Source: Balneolaceae bacterium (GTDB lineage: Bacteria > Bacteroidota > Rhodothermia > Balneolales > Balneolaceae). Taken from it: DNA of 64,000 nucleotides. The DNA lies in assembly GCA_007134085.1 (NCBI GenBank), contig SLLL01000038.1, positions 21,555-85,554 of the forward strand, given 5' to 3'. Below are positions 1-10,865 of the stretch, in pieces. The translations under genes and the position numbers were made by a program. Numbering within the stretch: the first letter of the stretch is position 1; every line of letters starts with the position of its first letter. The notes beneath the pieces were generated by a model. It saw only the letters and a list, made by a program, of their open reading frames with translations. It ran no database searches and was not told the DNA's origin.

Positions 1-825
1 TGCTGTAAAGCCTAGCAATTCAGGCTCGAACGATCCAATCACATCAACAGCGTAACCGTTTTCGTGAAAAAGGTATCTTGCTGCTGCATATTCTATCACT
101 TGTGATGCATCTGCCTCATTTTCTTCAAATTCTGATACGGCCCCGTAAAAAAGAGTTTGAATATCGATGCCGGCAACAGAAACAGGCAATAGGCCAACGG
201 GTGTCAGCACCGAAAACCGCCCGCCAACATCATCCGGAATAATAAATTTTTTATACCCTTCTTCTTTGATGATGTTATTTAAAACTCCGCCTTCTGGGCC
301 TGTTGTAGCAATAATTCTATCCTTTGCATCATCATATTTTTTGTGCATCCAGCTTCTCAGGCTTCTGAAGGCAAGGGCCGTCTCCAGTGTGCTGCCGGAT
401 TTTGAAATAACATTCAGGTAAACCTGTTTTGTACTTCCATCCTCTTTAGGCTGATCAAGATACTCCAGCAATTCAGAAAGATATCGGCCGCTCATGTGGT
501 GGCCAGCGTAGATAATTTCAGGGTCTTTTCGCCCAAACTGAGGGGTGAGTGCTTTGATGAGCGCCATAGCCCCTGTATAGGATCCGCCAATACCGGCAAT
601 AATGAATATGTCTGCATCACGACGGATTTTTGCCGCAAGCGATGAAATCTCTTCCAGTTCAGCATCATTTGGTGTATCCAGAATGCGGCGCCAGCCTAAC
701 CATTCGCTGCCCGGCCCACTTTTCTCTTTTACCATTTTGATAGCAACTCCCGCCTTCTTTCTTGCGCTGTCTAATTCTTCTTCTTTAAGAAATTGAACTG
801 CGTTTGTAATGTCTGTTTTAATCAT
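1..825 (-). CDS. pgi: Glucose-6-phosphate isomerase, 3' end beyond the window edge; not in the ORF track
   Basis: Manual translation from ATG at 825 gives MIKTDITNAVQFLKEE... with GIGGSY, SKSGSTLET and VGGRFSVLTPVGLLP motifs. Frame is open to position 1. Lies directly downstream of pfkA. Confidence 0.92.
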   Translation of the reverse strand, partial: MIKTDITNAVQFLKEEELDSARKKAGVAIKMVKEKSGPGSEWLGWRRILDTPNDAELEEISSLAAKIRRDADIFIIAGIGGSYTGAMALIKALTPQFGRKDPEIIYAGHHMSGRYLSELLEYLDQPKEDGSTKQVYLNVISKSGSTLETALAFRSLRSWMHKKYDDAKDRIIATTGPEGGVLNNIIKEEGYKKFIIPDDVGGRFSVLTPVGLLPVSVAGIDIQTLFYGAVSEFEENEADASQVIEYAAARYLFHENGYAVDVIGSFEPELLGFTA

Positions 826-829
826 ATTC

Positions 830-1798
830 TTATCGTAATACTTTTGAAAGTTCTATAAGATCGAAATCTATTTTTTTAATTTTGCCGAAAGTTTCTTCGA
901 GTGGTGTAATTTTTACCTCGTTGTTTATCACTCCAACCATAACACCATTTAATCCATCGTTGAGTGCTTTGACCGCTTCATAACCAAGCCGGCTTGCCAA
1001 AACCCTGTCGTGCGCTGTTGGTGAACCTCCCCGTTGCATGTGCCCCAAAATAGCCACGCGCATATCATACTGTTTAAAATCCGGTTCAAGCTGTTCGCTT
1101 AATTTAAGTGCACCGCCGGTCTGCTCCCCTTCTGCAATCACAACAAGGGTACTTCGGCTTTTTGTTTTCAAAATCTCTTGGAGGGATGATTTAATTTCAT
1201 CCAAATCTCGATTATACTCTGGCAAAATAATTAACTCTGCACCACTCGCAAGGCCGGTTTCAAGGGCTATAAATCCGGCATGGCGTCCCATTACTTCAAC
1301 AAGAAACAGGCGCTCGTGAGCATCAGCCGTATCCCGTATTTTATCGATCGCCTCCATAGCCGTATTCAATGCGGTATCATAACCAATGGTTTCATCACTC
1401 CCTATTAAATCATTATCAATAGTGCCCGGTATGCCCACAACCTTAATACCATGCTCCTCTGCAATTACTGTGGCTCCACGAAAAGTGCCATCGCCGCCTA
1501 TTACAACAAGAGCTTCAATCCCCTGTGCTGTGAGGTTATCTGCAGCTTTTTGGCGCCCTTCTTTCGTCATGAATTCATCAGAACGAGCCGACTTCAATAT
1601 TGTGCCTCCCCGCTGAATGATTCCGGAAGCATTTGAGGATGTAAATGGCACAAAATCTCCCTCAATCAAACCGCGATAACCAAACCGGACACCAAAAATT
1701 TCAAAACCGAAATGCTCAGCCGACCGGATCACCGCCCTGATTGCGGCATTCATCCCGGGAGAGTCTCCGCCACTTGTAAGAACTGCTATGCGTTTCAA
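830..1798 (-). CDS. pfkA: ATP-dependent 6-phosphofructokinase
   Basis: TSGGDSPGMNAAIR, GGTILKS, IGGDG, PGTIDND, EVMGR and LGHMQRGG motifs. Confidence 0.97.
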   Translation of the reverse strand: MKRIAVLTSGGDSPGMNAAIRAVIRSAEHFGFEIFGVRFGYRGLIEGDFVPFTSSNASGIIQRGGTILKSARSDEFMTKEGRQKAADNLTAQGIEALVVIGGDGTFRGATVIAEEHGIKVVGIPGTIDNDLIGSDETIGYDTALNTAMEAIDKIRDTADAHERLFLVEVMGRHAGFIALETGLASGAELIILPEYNRDLDEIKSSLQEILKTKSRSTLVVIAEGEQTGGALKLSEQLEPDFKQYDMRVAILGHMQRGGSPTAHDRVLASRLGYEAVKALNDGLNGVMVGVINNEVKITPLEETFGKIKKIDFDLIELSKVLR

Positions 1799-1936
1799 AT
1801 GTGTAAAATAGATTGAGGAGGTTAGTATTACTTAAACTAAAAATCAGGTATGCATTGCGCAAATTATTAATGAGTAATATTTGTATTATTAATGCATTCA
1901 AAAAGTCTATCCAAAAGTACTCTGCAAGAGGTTTAA

Positions 1937-2935
1937 TTGAGCACAACAGATATTATATCGAAAAAAAATTCGCTCTCAGAAGTTACGGCTCCCGTAAAAG
2001 ACGACCTCACTGTATTCAGAAAATTTTTCAAAAATGAGATAAGCAGTGAAGTTTTTCTTCTCGATAAGATCATCCAGTATTTACTGAGACAAAAAGGAAA
2101 AGAGATAAGGCCCACTTTTGTCTTTATGACTGCCCGCATGTTTGGGGATGTTGACGGCCGTAGTTTTATAGCCGCAACGATGGTAGAATTACTCCATACT
2201 GCTACCCTGATCCATGATGATGTTGTAGATGAAGCAGACAAACGCCGCGGCTTCTTAAGTATCAACAAAATTTGGCGCAATAAGGCAGGAGTACTGCTTG
2301 GTGATTTTTTACTTTCCAAAGGGTTGTTGATTGCACTCGAACACAAAGAGTATAAACTACTGCATGTACTGTCTGACGCAGTTAAGAAAATGAGTGAAGG
2401 AGAGTTAAGGCAGCTCAAAACATCCAACCTTTTCAATATGACGGAAGAGCGCTACTTCCAGATTATTTCTGAAAAAACGGCAAGCCTAATTGCAGCATGT
2501 TGCCAGTGCGGTGCAATTGCTGCTACTGATGATGATTACATTGCCGAAGCGATGCATAATGTTGGGCTGGATATCGGTATAGCATTTCAGATTAAAGATG
2601 ACCTGTTTGATTATGGCAGGGATGACATTGGCAAGCCTACCCGTAATGATATCAAAGAGAGGAAAGTAACTCTTCCTCTTATCTACGCGCTCGAAAACGC
2701 ATCCAAGCCAAAGCAGCTGCAAATTCGCCGATTGATGAGAAAGCGAAAAAAATCCAACAAAGACATCAACAAGATTGTGGCATTTGTACATGAGTACAAC
2801 GGGCTCGAAGCAGCAGAAAAGAAGATGGGGGAATATACCGAAAATGCCTTAGCTACTCTTCGTACTCTGCCAATTAAACGTGGTTTTGAAGACTTCGAGG
2901 ATCTTATACGCTTCATCATTACACGAAACAAATAA
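1937..2935 (+). CDS. Trans-polyprenyl diphosphate synthase (IspB/HepT-like; chain length not determinable)
   Basis: Two Asp-rich motifs (LIHDDVVD...RRG and FQIKDDLFD), plus GKEIRP and KTA. Confidence 0.93.
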   Translation: MSTTDIISKKNSLSEVTAPVKDDLTVFRKFFKNEISSEVFLLDKIIQYLLRQKGKEIRPTFVFMTARMFGDVDGRSFIAATMVELLHTATLIHDDVVDEADKRRGFLSINKIWRNKAGVLLGDFLLSKGLLIALEHKEYKLLHVLSDAVKKMSEGELRQLKTSNLFNMTEERYFQIISEKTASLIAACCQCGAIAATDDDYIAEAMHNVGLDIGIAFQIKDDLFDYGRDDIGKPTRNDIKERKVTLPLIYALENASKPKQLQIRRLMRKRKKSNKDINKIVAFVHEYNGLEAAEKKMGEYTENALATLRTLPIKRGFEDFEDLIRFIITRNK

Positions 2936-2941
2936 TCCGGA

Positions 2942-3685
2942 ATGCAGCATATTTTTTTAGCTGATGTTCACCTTGGCGCGTTTCGCGAAGAGAAAAACAA
3001 GCGGCTCGAAAAATCACTAATCCATCTGATTGATTATTGCGAAGCCAACAACATTCAGATACACCTACTGGGCGATCTGTTCGATTATTGGATGGAATAC
3101 AAAAATTATACCCCGCCACTTGGCAAAAATTTGCTCGCCCGGTTCAAAGAGTACAACAAAACATTCAACTCACTGTTCATAACCGGTAATCACGACTTTT
3201 GGACGCGTGGCCACTTTAACGATACAGGCTTTCACACAGAACCGGAGTATTCTACATTAAAACTTGGCGAAGAAAAAATCCTGCTTTTCCATGGCGATGG
3301 TTTGTCAGATCCGGAATTCAAAATACCTCGTCCGTTCCTGAACAGTGTAATCCGAAAACCATGGTTTGTTGATCTATTTCAGTATATTCTTAGCGGTGAA
3401 GCGGGAAACCACTTTATGAAGAATTTTTCAGAATTCACCCGCGATGATGAGATGTTGCCAGTTAAGCTATCACACTGGGCAGAAAAATTTCTCTCTGAAA
3501 GTGAGTATAACGTAGTTATGACCGGCCATGATCATGTTCCAAGAATTGAAACTTTTGATGGTGGTTTGTATATAAACCCCGGTGCATTTCACCATTTTGG
3601 TACTCTGGCTTTTTATACCAACAACACGTTCAAAATCGTTGTATGGAACAGCGAGAGAAAACAATTTTTACCTTTTGCAGACTAA
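2942..3685 (+). CDS. lpxH: UDP-2,3-diacylglucosamine diphosphatase-like metallophosphoesterase
   Basis: Calcineurin-like motifs ADVHLG, LGDLFDYW, GNHD, FHGD and GHDH. Confidence 0.7.
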   Translation: MQHIFLADVHLGAFREEKNKRLEKSLIHLIDYCEANNIQIHLLGDLFDYWMEYKNYTPPLGKNLLARFKEYNKTFNSLFITGNHDFWTRGHFNDTGFHTEPEYSTLKLGEEKILLFHGDGLSDPEFKIPRPFLNSVIRKPWFVDLFQYILSGEAGNHFMKNFSEFTRDDEMLPVKLSHWAEKFLSESEYNVVMTGHDHVPRIETFDGGLYINPGAFHHFGTLAFYTNNTFKIVVWNSERKQFLPFAD

Positions 3686-3704
3686 AATCAATATTTACTA
3701 AGGC

Positions 3705-6011
3705 ATGAGCAAGGATCCTTCGAATAATAATGTAGATATGGAACGTTACTTTAACGATGCTGCATATCGTAAGCAGGTAGCTTCTCAGAGAAAATCTGCC
3801 AATGAACGCCCATATTATAAAAAGAAGAGGTTTTGGGTAACCTTATCGATTACTGCTGCGGTAATTCTTGCTTTCATTGGCGGATATGTGATCTATCTCT
3901 ATCAGGGCTTGCCATCAATACAAGAACTTGAAAACCCGAGAACTGCTATTGCATCAGAGATGCGCAGCCGTGATGGTGTGGTTCTGGATCGTTATTTCAT
4001 CGAAAACAGGACATATGTTTCTATTGATAATATCTCACCAAATGCAATAAATGCTCTGATTGCCACTGAAGATCACAGATTTTTTAATCACTGGGGGGTT
4101 GACTCTCAAAGCCTCATGAGGCTGCCATACTACTGGATTCAGCAGCGCTTTCAGGGGGGATCAACAATAAGCCAGCAGCTTGCCAGAAATCTCTACAGAA
4201 ACATCGGGTTTGATGTGTCCGTTACCCGAAAATTGCGTGAAATGATAACAGCTGTACAGATCGAAAATAATTACACCAAACGGGAAATTATCGAAATGTA
4301 TCTGAACACAGTAGAGTTCAGCAACAGCGCTTTTGGTATTGAATCGGCTTCACGAACGCATTTTGGCAAACCCGCAAGCGACCTTACCGTTCTAGAAGCA
4401 GCCACTTTGATAGGCCAGCTTCGTGCTGTTTACGCTTTTAACCCAAGGTTTTTTAATGAAAGAGCCACCCAGCGCCGAAATGTAGTTCTCTCCCTGATGA
4501 ATCGGCACGGCTTTATTACTGATCAGGAGTTCCAAAATTTACGTGAAGAAGATCTTGTTTTAAATTATCACCCACCATCGCGAGCGGGGCGAGAGAGTCG
4601 CTACTTTGGTGAGTATATTCGCCAACAAGTGCGTGGCTGGGTCGAAGAAAATGGGTACGATCTATACTCCGATGGCCTGATAATCTACACAACGATAGAT
4701 TCGCGCTTACAGCGACATGCCGAACGTGCTGTGCTCGACAGGCTCAGCGAATTCCAACCAAGGTTCGAGCGCGAATGGACCTCTCCGGGAGGAGATTATA
4801 TGGATCGGCTCTGGGAACAGTATCCACAATTTTTACGGGATTATATTCGTGAAACTGACAGATACAGAAACGGATTTGCCAAATACGAAACCAACCAGGA
4901 ATCGGTTGTTTTTCAAAACCTGATGGCAGATGAAGCATTTGTAGACTCCCTAAAACGAGCAAGAACAAAACTTCAGGCAAGTTTTACCGCAATTGACCCT
5001 AACAACGGGCACATACTCGCATGGGTTGGCGGTGCAGATTATGGTACACAACAGTTCGATCATGTACATCAATCCAGACGGCAGGCCGGTTCAACATTTA
5101 AGCCGTTTGTTTATGCTGTTGCGATTGACAATGGTTACATGCCGTATCACAGATTCTCAAAATATCCTATAAGCTTTCTTGAGCCGAGCGGGCGAATGTG
5201 GAATCCAAAAGACCGCTCTATACCAGCCGGCCCTGAAATGGTACCCTTACGCGAAGCACTCGCAAGAAGTTTGAACAATGTAACAGTACGCCTGCTCCCA
5301 GAAATTGCCGGAGCACCTGGAACCAATCGAACCGCCGATTTGCAGCCGGCTGCCCGAATGATTCAGAATATGGCAGTTAATTTGGGTATTAATATTGGAC
5401 AATCGCAGGTATTTCCATCCATTGCATTGGGTACTGCGGAAGTAACACTTCTCGAACTCGTTAGCGCCTACACCACATTTGTTAATCAGGGTGTCCATAT
5501 CGACCCAATTGCCATAACTCGTATCGAAGACAAGGAGGGGAATGTGCTTGTCGAATATTTTCCTGAATACAGCCAGGAAGCTATTAGCCCGGAAACTGCC
5601 TATATGATGCTTGATATGATGCGGGGCGTTGTTCGCGGGGGTGATGGGTATCACGGGACAGGTGTTCGGCTGAGAAATGTTTACAATGTTCAACAAGATG
5701 TTGCCGGTAAGACCGGAACCACCCAAAACAGTGCCGACAACTGGTTTGTTGCCATGATGCCTCACATTGTTATGGGCTCCTGGGTTGGAGGTGAAGACCG
5801 GCGTATTCGTTTCCCAACCAACAGCCCAACAAGTATCGGCCAGGGTGCAAGAACAGCACTGCCGATAGTTGGCACATTCATCAATAATGTTACGAGCGAC
5901 CCAGACGCCCCATGGAGTACCGAAGGCTTTACCCCTCCCCCTGGGTTTGTAATGCCTGAAGAGCCTGCAAGTGCCGATCAGGATTCGCACAGAGGGCGTA
6001 TAGGCTGGTAA
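3705..6011 (+). CDS. mrcA: Class A penicillin-binding protein (PBP1A)
   Basis: N-terminal TM anchor. Transglycosylase motifs EDHRF..H.G, GGSTISQQL and RKLRE. Transpeptidase motifs STFK, SLN and KTG. Confidence 0.93.
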   Translation: MSKDPSNNNVDMERYFNDAAYRKQVASQRKSANERPYYKKKRFWVTLSITAAVILAFIGGYVIYLYQGLPSIQELENPRTAIASEMRSRDGVVLDRYFIENRTYVSIDNISPNAINALIATEDHRFFNHWGVDSQSLMRLPYYWIQQRFQGGSTISQQLARNLYRNIGFDVSVTRKLREMITAVQIENNYTKREIIEMYLNTVEFSNSAFGIESASRTHFGKPASDLTVLEAATLIGQLRAVYAFNPRFFNERATQRRNVVLSLMNRHGFITDQEFQNLREEDLVLNYHPPSRAGRESRYFGEYIRQQVRGWVEENGYDLYSDGLIIYTTIDSRLQRHAERAVLDRLSEFQPRFEREWTSPGGDYMDRLWEQYPQFLRDYIRETDRYRNGFAKYETNQESVVFQNLMADEAFVDSLKRARTKLQASFTAIDPNNGHILAWVGGADYGTQQFDHVHQSRRQAGSTFKPFVYAVAIDNGYMPYHRFSKYPISFLEPSGRMWNPKDRSIPAGPEMVPLREALARSLNNVTVRLLPEIAGAPGTNRTADLQPAARMIQNMAVNLGINIGQSQVFPSIALGTAEVTLLELVSAYTTFVNQGVHIDPIAITRIEDKEGNVLVEYFPEYSQEAISPETAYMMLDMMRGVVRGGDGYHGTGVRLRNVYNVQQDVAGKTGTTQNSADNWFVAMMPHIVMGSWVGGEDRRIRFPTNSPTSIGQGARTALPIVGTFINNVTSDPDAPWSTEGFTPPPGFVMPEEPASADQDSHRGRIGW

Positions 6012-6022
6012 ATTTTTGAAAC

Positions 6023-6060
6023 ACTGCCGAAGGCTAAAAGGCTTCGGCAGTTTTTGTTTT
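6023..6060 (+). terminator. Rho-independent terminator after PBP1A
   Basis: ACTGCCGAAG-gctaaaagg-CTTCGGCAGT stem followed by a T-rich tail. Confidence 0.85.
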
Positions 6061-6210
6061 GTAAAGTGATCACTTCAAAATCAACCCTGCATATTTTTGA
6101 TCGTTATACACAAATCCTTTCTAATCGATGAAGCAGAGAATCTTACCTTTTTTTAAAAAAACAGTTCTACTTTGCGCTCAATAACTGCTATCTTCTACCC
6201 CTCAAACAGA

Positions 6211-6239
6211 TTGACATTACATGCATCTGGCGGTAATTT
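6211..6239 (+). promoter_or_regulatory. Sigma70-type promoter candidate for nuoA
   Basis: TTGACA-17 bp-TAATTT, ending 27 bp before the nuoA ATG. Confidence 0.6.
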
Positions 6240-6266
6240 AAGCGGAATTAAGAACCGACAAAATTT

Positions 6267-6656
6267 ATGCTCGAACAATATATCCCAATATTCGTTTTAC
6301 TTGGCATCGCATTAGTACTCGGCATCCTGCTGATGTCCCTTTCAAGGATACTCGGGCCATATCGTCCTAACAAGACCAAACTCCAGCCATACGAGAGTGG
6401 TATGGACCCTGTAGGTGAAGCCAAAGACCGCTATTCCATTGCCTTCTATCTGGTTGCCATGGAATTCATTGTTTTTGACCTCGAAGTTGTGTTTATCTAC
6501 CCTTGGGCAGTACGCTTTATGGAGCACGGAACCGGAACGTTTATTGCCATGGTTGTATTTATTGTAATACTCTTCATCGGCTTGATTTATACGCTGAAAA
6601 AGGGCACCCTCGACTGGGATTTAAAGAAATTAAAATATGAGGCTATAACGAAGTAA
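6267..6656 (+). CDS. nuoA: NADH-quinone oxidoreductase subunit A
   Basis: [23 protein letters not shown]; three TM helices. Confidence 0.95.
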   Translation: MLEQYIPIFVLLGIALVLGILLMSLSRILGPYRPNKTKLQPYESGMDPVGEAKDRYSIAFYLVAMEFIVFDLEVVFIYPWAVRFMEHGTGTFIAMVVFIVILFIGLIYTLKKGTLDWDLKKLKYEAITK

Positions 6657-6658
6657 TT

Positions 6659-7141
6659 ATGGGTTTAGAAAGTGCTTTAGGTAAAGGTTACCTCACCACA
6701 AGAATGGATACTCTGGTAAACTGGGCTCGCTCAAACGCAGCATGGCCAATGCCTATGGGTTTAGCATGTTGTGCCATCGAAATGATGGCATTTGCAGGGC
6801 CAAGATATGATGTTTCCAGGTTTGGCTCCGAGGTGATGAGATTCTCACCCCGGCAGGCCGATGTGATGATTGTTGCCGGCTGGTGTACATATAAAATGTC
6901 GCATGCCATCCGCAGAATATGGGACCAGATGCCTGATCCAAAATGGTGCATAGCTATGGGGGCTTGCGCATCAACCGGAGGTATGCACCGTTGCTACGGT
7001 GTGGTTCAGGGAGCAGATAATTTTCTGCCGGTAGATGCATACATTTCAGGTTGCCCCCCCCGTCCCGATGCGGTAATCCACGCACTCATGAAAATACAGG
7101 ACAAAATTAAAGCCGAACACTCCGTACTGCTTGATACATAG
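6659..7141 (+). CDS. nuoB: NADH-quinone oxidoreductase subunit B
   Basis: [27 protein letters not shown] (N2 cluster ligands). Confidence 0.96.
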   Translation: MGLESALGKGYLTTRMDTLVNWARSNAAWPMPMGLACCAIEMMAFAGPRYDVSRFGSEVMRFSPRQADVMIVAGWCTYKMSHAIRRIWDQMPDPKWCIAMGACASTGGMHRCYGVVQGADNFLPVDAYISGCPPRPDAVIHALMKIQDKIKAEHSVLLDT

Positions 7142-7144
7142 ATT

Positions 7145-7660
7145 ATGAGCCTACAACTTTCAGAATCATTACAAAAAACTGTTGACGCATTAACAGAGAA
7201 TTTCTCTGATAAAGTTATTGAGGTATATCAATCTACGGGCGATACATTTATACGCGTTGAGGCTGATGCAATTGTTGAAATATCTACTTATCTGAGAGAT
7301 AAACTACACTACGTCTATCTAAGCGATATTTTTGGGATTGACCGATATACATCAGAAGAGAGATTTGAGGTAGTTTATAACCTACTCTCCCTGAAAACAG
7401 GCACCAGAGTTTTTGTTAAGGTAAGATGTGAAGAAGAAGGCCCAGTTGTTGATTCTGTTACATCTGTTTGGCCTGCCGCCGGCTGGAACGAACGCGAAGT
7501 TTACGACATGTTTGGTGTGTTTTTTAACAATCACCCTGACCTGAGGCGAATTTACATGCCGGAGGATTTCCAATACTTCCCACTAAGAAAAGAATTTCCA
7601 CTGCTCGGTATACCCGGTTCTATTGAGTTGCCAAGCACTACACCGGATAACGATCAGTAA
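7145..7660 (+). CDS. nuoC: NADH-quinone oxidoreductase subunit C
   Basis: WNEREVYDMFG..F.NHPDLRRI...PLRKEFP. Confidence 0.96.
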   Translation: MSLQLSESLQKTVDALTENFSDKVIEVYQSTGDTFIRVEADAIVEISTYLRDKLHYVYLSDIFGIDRYTSEERFEVVYNLLSLKTGTRVFVKVRCEEEGPVVDSVTSVWPAAGWNEREVYDMFGVFFNNHPDLRRIYMPEDFQYFPLRKEFPLLGIPGSIELPSTTPDNDQ

Positions 7661-7669
7661 AAAGAGCTT

Positions 7670-8962
7670 ATGAAACTTTCAGATATCCAGAGTAAAGTAA
7701 ATTCTACGTTTTTTAAGGAGCATCAAAAAAAACTGTATCAAAGCCTTGAAGATAAGCACACCTCAATTGAGGAGCTTGATGAAGGCGATCCGCTAACAAC
7801 TAAGATGATCCTTAACATGGGCCCTCAGCACCCGGCTACTCACGGTGTGTTGCGCCTTGTGCTTCAGCTAGATGGTGAAACCATCGAAAAAAACAAACTC
7901 GATATAGGCTACCTTCACAGAGGAGTTGAAAAAATTGCGGAGAATAAAACGTATCAGGAGTTCATGCCCTACACAGACCGTATGGATTACCTCTCTCCTT
8001 ACAGCAACAACGTAGCCCTGTGTACCGCGGTTGAAAAAATTGCGTCTGTTGAAGTACCTGAACGTGCTCATTATATCCGCATGATTGGATGCGAGCTCGC
8101 ACGAATTTCTTCCCATCTGTTGTGGCTTGGAACCATGGTGATGGATGCAGGTGCCATTTCGTTCTTTATTTGGACGTTTAAAGAGCGCGAAAAGATCTAT
8201 GACATCATGGACCGTATCGGCGGGCACCGATTTACCATTTCTCACAGCCGTATTGGTGGTGTGGCTAATGATCTTACAGATGAAGCTACTGCTTACATAA
8301 AAGAGTTTGTAAACACCTTCCCAAATGAACTTCGGGATTACCATAAACTGCTCGACAGAAACAGAATTTTCTTCGACAGAAATGAAGCCGTTGGGGTCCT
8401 AAAAACCGAAGATGCACTTAAAATTGGTGCAACAGGCCCTGTTCTTCGCGCATGTGGTTACGCACTCGATATTAGGAAGCTTTCTCCCTACGCTCGTTAT
8501 AATGAAGTAGATTTCGACATACCCACCCGCCTTGAAGGTGATAATCTTGCACGTTACTATGTAAGAATGGAAGAGATGGGAGAAAGTATCAACATTATAA
8601 ACCAGTGCCTCGAAAAACTGCCTAAAGGGCCAGTTAGAACAGATAATGCAAAACAGTCATACCCTTCTAAGGATGAAGTTTATTACTCCATGGAAGGCAT
8701 GATCCACGATTTCATGATGACCGATACCGGTATTTGTCCGCCTGAAGGCGCAGAGAGCTATCACGCGGTTGAATCGCCCAAAGGCGAGCTTGGATATTAC
8801 ATTCAGAGCGATGGCACAGGCCATCCCTGGCGTTTAAAAATCAACGCGCCATCATTCACAAATTTACAGGTACTTGAAAACGTTCTTGATGGTGAAATGG
8901 TAGCAGACACAGTGGTAATTATTGGTGGATTAGATCCCGTACTGGGAGAAGCTGACAAGTAA
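7670..8962 (+). CDS. nuoD: NADH-quinone oxidoreductase subunit D
   Basis: NMGPQHPATHGVLR, GYLHRG.EK, DRMDY, ESPKGELG. Confidence 0.97.
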   Translation: MKLSDIQSKVNSTFFKEHQKKLYQSLEDKHTSIEELDEGDPLTTKMILNMGPQHPATHGVLRLVLQLDGETIEKNKLDIGYLHRGVEKIAENKTYQEFMPYTDRMDYLSPYSNNVALCTAVEKIASVEVPERAHYIRMIGCELARISSHLLWLGTMVMDAGAISFFIWTFKEREKIYDIMDRIGGHRFTISHSRIGGVANDLTDEATAYIKEFVNTFPNELRDYHKLLDRNRIFFDRNEAVGVLKTEDALKIGATGPVLRACGYALDIRKLSPYARYNEVDFDIPTRLEGDNLARYYVRMEEMGESINIINQCLEKLPKGPVRTDNAKQSYPSKDEVYYSMEGMIHDFMMTDTGICPPEGAESYHAVESPKGELGYYIQSDGTGHPWRLKINAPSFTNLQVLENVLDGEMVADTVVIIGGLDPVLGEADK

Positions 8963-8967
8963 GAATT

Positions 8968-9498
8968 ATGGCATACGAATTTACAAAGGAAGATCTACAA
9001 GAAATAGAAACTATCAAGGCAAAGTATCCGGAAGTTATGCCGGCTACACTGCCCACCTTATGGGTTGCACAGCGGCGTTTTGGCCATGTTGAGCCTGAAG
9101 TACAAAGACTGGTAGCAGAAACTCTCGGCTTGCCGGAAGCACACGTTCATGGTGTTGCCAATTTTTACACACAATATTACAAAGAAAAGAAAGGCAAGCA
9201 CGTGCTTGATGTTTGCACCTGTTTAAGTTGCCAGCTTTGTGGCGGGTATGAAATACTCCACCATCTTGAAGAAAAACTTGGAATCAAAGCCGGTGAAACC
9301 ACAGAAGATGGTACATTTACCCTCAATCAGGTTGAATGCCTTGGTGCCTGCGGTTATGCACCAATGTTACAGGTAACGAACGACAAGTATGTGAATCACC
9401 TCACGAAAGAAAAAGCTGACGAATTGGTTGAAAAGCTGAAAAGTGGTGAAGAGCTGGAGTACGAACAAATCAAAATGCCACAGCATAAGAATATTTAG
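8968..9498 (+). CDS. nuoE: NADH-quinone oxidoreductase subunit E
   Basis: 2Fe-2S motif CTCLSC...ECLGAC. Confidence 0.95.
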   Translation: MAYEFTKEDLQEIETIKAKYPEVMPATLPTLWVAQRRFGHVEPEVQRLVAETLGLPEAHVHGVANFYTQYYKEKKGKHVLDVCTCLSCQLCGGYEILHHLEEKLGIKAGETTEDGTFTLNQVECLGACGYAPMLQVTNDKYVNHLTKEKADELVEKLKSGEELEYEQIKMPQHKNI

Positions 9499-9503
9499 TA
9501 ACT

Positions 9504-10796
9504 ATGAGTACTGTTGACTGGAAAAATTACACACCTGTACTTCTCCCCGATATCAAAGATCTGCATAAGATTGATGTGTACACCAAGAACGGTGGCTATA
9601 AAGCTCTGAAATCTGTTCTTACAGATAAGAAAAAATGGGAAGGGCCTAAGGCAGTGGTTGAAGAAGTAAAAAAGGCAAACATTCGTGGCCGTGGTGGTGC
9701 AGGCTTTAATGCCGGCCTAAAATGGTCGTTCATGCCTCCCGCTGATGGCGGCCCAAGATATCTTGCCTGTAACGGTGATGAATCGGAGCCGGGCACATTT
9801 AAAGACCGTAAAATATTTGAATACAACCCGCATGTTTTTATAGAAGGTGCTTTGATTGCAGCTTATGCGATGGAGATCACCACTATCTACGTTTACATTC
9901 GCGGGGAGTACAAAACCTACATCGATATGATGGAGAAAGCCATCTCCGATGCATACGATAAAGGATATATCGGCAAGAATATTCTTGGCTCGAAATTTAG
10001 TGTTGATTTCTATGTGCATTCTGGCGCCGGCGCATACATTTGCGGTGAAGAGACTTCGATGCTCGAATCTTTAGAGGGCAAGCGCGGGTACCCGAGGGTA
10101 AAACCACCATTCCCTGCTCAAAAAGGTTTATGGGGAAGGCCAACAACCATCAACAATATTGAAACACTATCTCATGTGACCGGAGTGATCAATAACGGGG
10201 CTGAGTGGTTTAGCTCAATTGGAGCGCCAACCCATCCCGGGCCGGTACTTTACGGAATCTCAGGCCATGTAAATAATCCCGGAGTGTACGAGCTGCCTTC
10301 CGGTGTACCTGTACTTGACCTTATTGAAGTTGCAGGTGGCATGAGAAATGGCAAAAAATTGAAAGCGGTAATTCCGGGAGGCTCATCAACACCGGTTCTA
10401 CGTGCTGATCAGCTTGATGGAATTACGATGGATAGTGATTCTCTGCGAACTGTGGGTTCTATGCTCGGTACAGCCGGTATGGTAGTGATGGATGAAGATA
10501 CAGATATGGTTGATGTGCTTTGGAGAATTGCACATTTCTATCATCACGAATCATGCGGACAGTGTACTCCATGCCGCGAGGGTACCGGTTGGCTCGAGAA
10601 AATTTTATTGAAAATTAAAAACGGTGACGGAGAAGTTAGAGATCTCGATCTCTTGCTCGACCTAACCACACAGATGGAAGGCAGAACCATTTGTGCACTG
10701 GCTGATGCAGCAGCTTGGCCTGTTCGGTTTACAATTAACCGTTTCCGTGATGAATTTGAAGCACGCTGTATAAAGAAAGCGCACGCAGTAGCCTGA
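9504..10796 (+). CDS. nuoF: NADH-quinone oxidoreductase subunit F
   Basis: RGRGGAGF, DESEPGTFKDR, GAGAYICGEET, ESCGQCTPCREG...C. Confidence 0.97.
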   Translation: MSTVDWKNYTPVLLPDIKDLHKIDVYTKNGGYKALKSVLTDKKKWEGPKAVVEEVKKANIRGRGGAGFNAGLKWSFMPPADGGPRYLACNGDESEPGTFKDRKIFEYNPHVFIEGALIAAYAMEITTIYVYIRGEYKTYIDMMEKAISDAYDKGYIGKNILGSKFSVDFYVHSGAGAYICGEETSMLESLEGKRGYPRVKPPFPAQKGLWGRPTTINNIETLSHVTGVINNGAEWFSSIGAPTHPGPVLYGISGHVNNPGVYELPSGVPVLDLIEVAGGMRNGKKLKAVIPGGSSTPVLRADQLDGITMDSDSLRTVGSMLGTAGMVVMDEDTDMVDVLWRIAHFYHHESCGQCTPCREGTGWLEKILLKIKNGDGEVRDLDLLLDLTTQMEGRTICALADAAAWPVRFTINRFRDEFEARCIKKAHAVA

Positions 10797-10865
10797 TTCA
10801 GATCGTCGGTTTTTTAACCGGTTTTTTCATCAACAAAATTATATTAATCAACAAGTTTAGATAAG

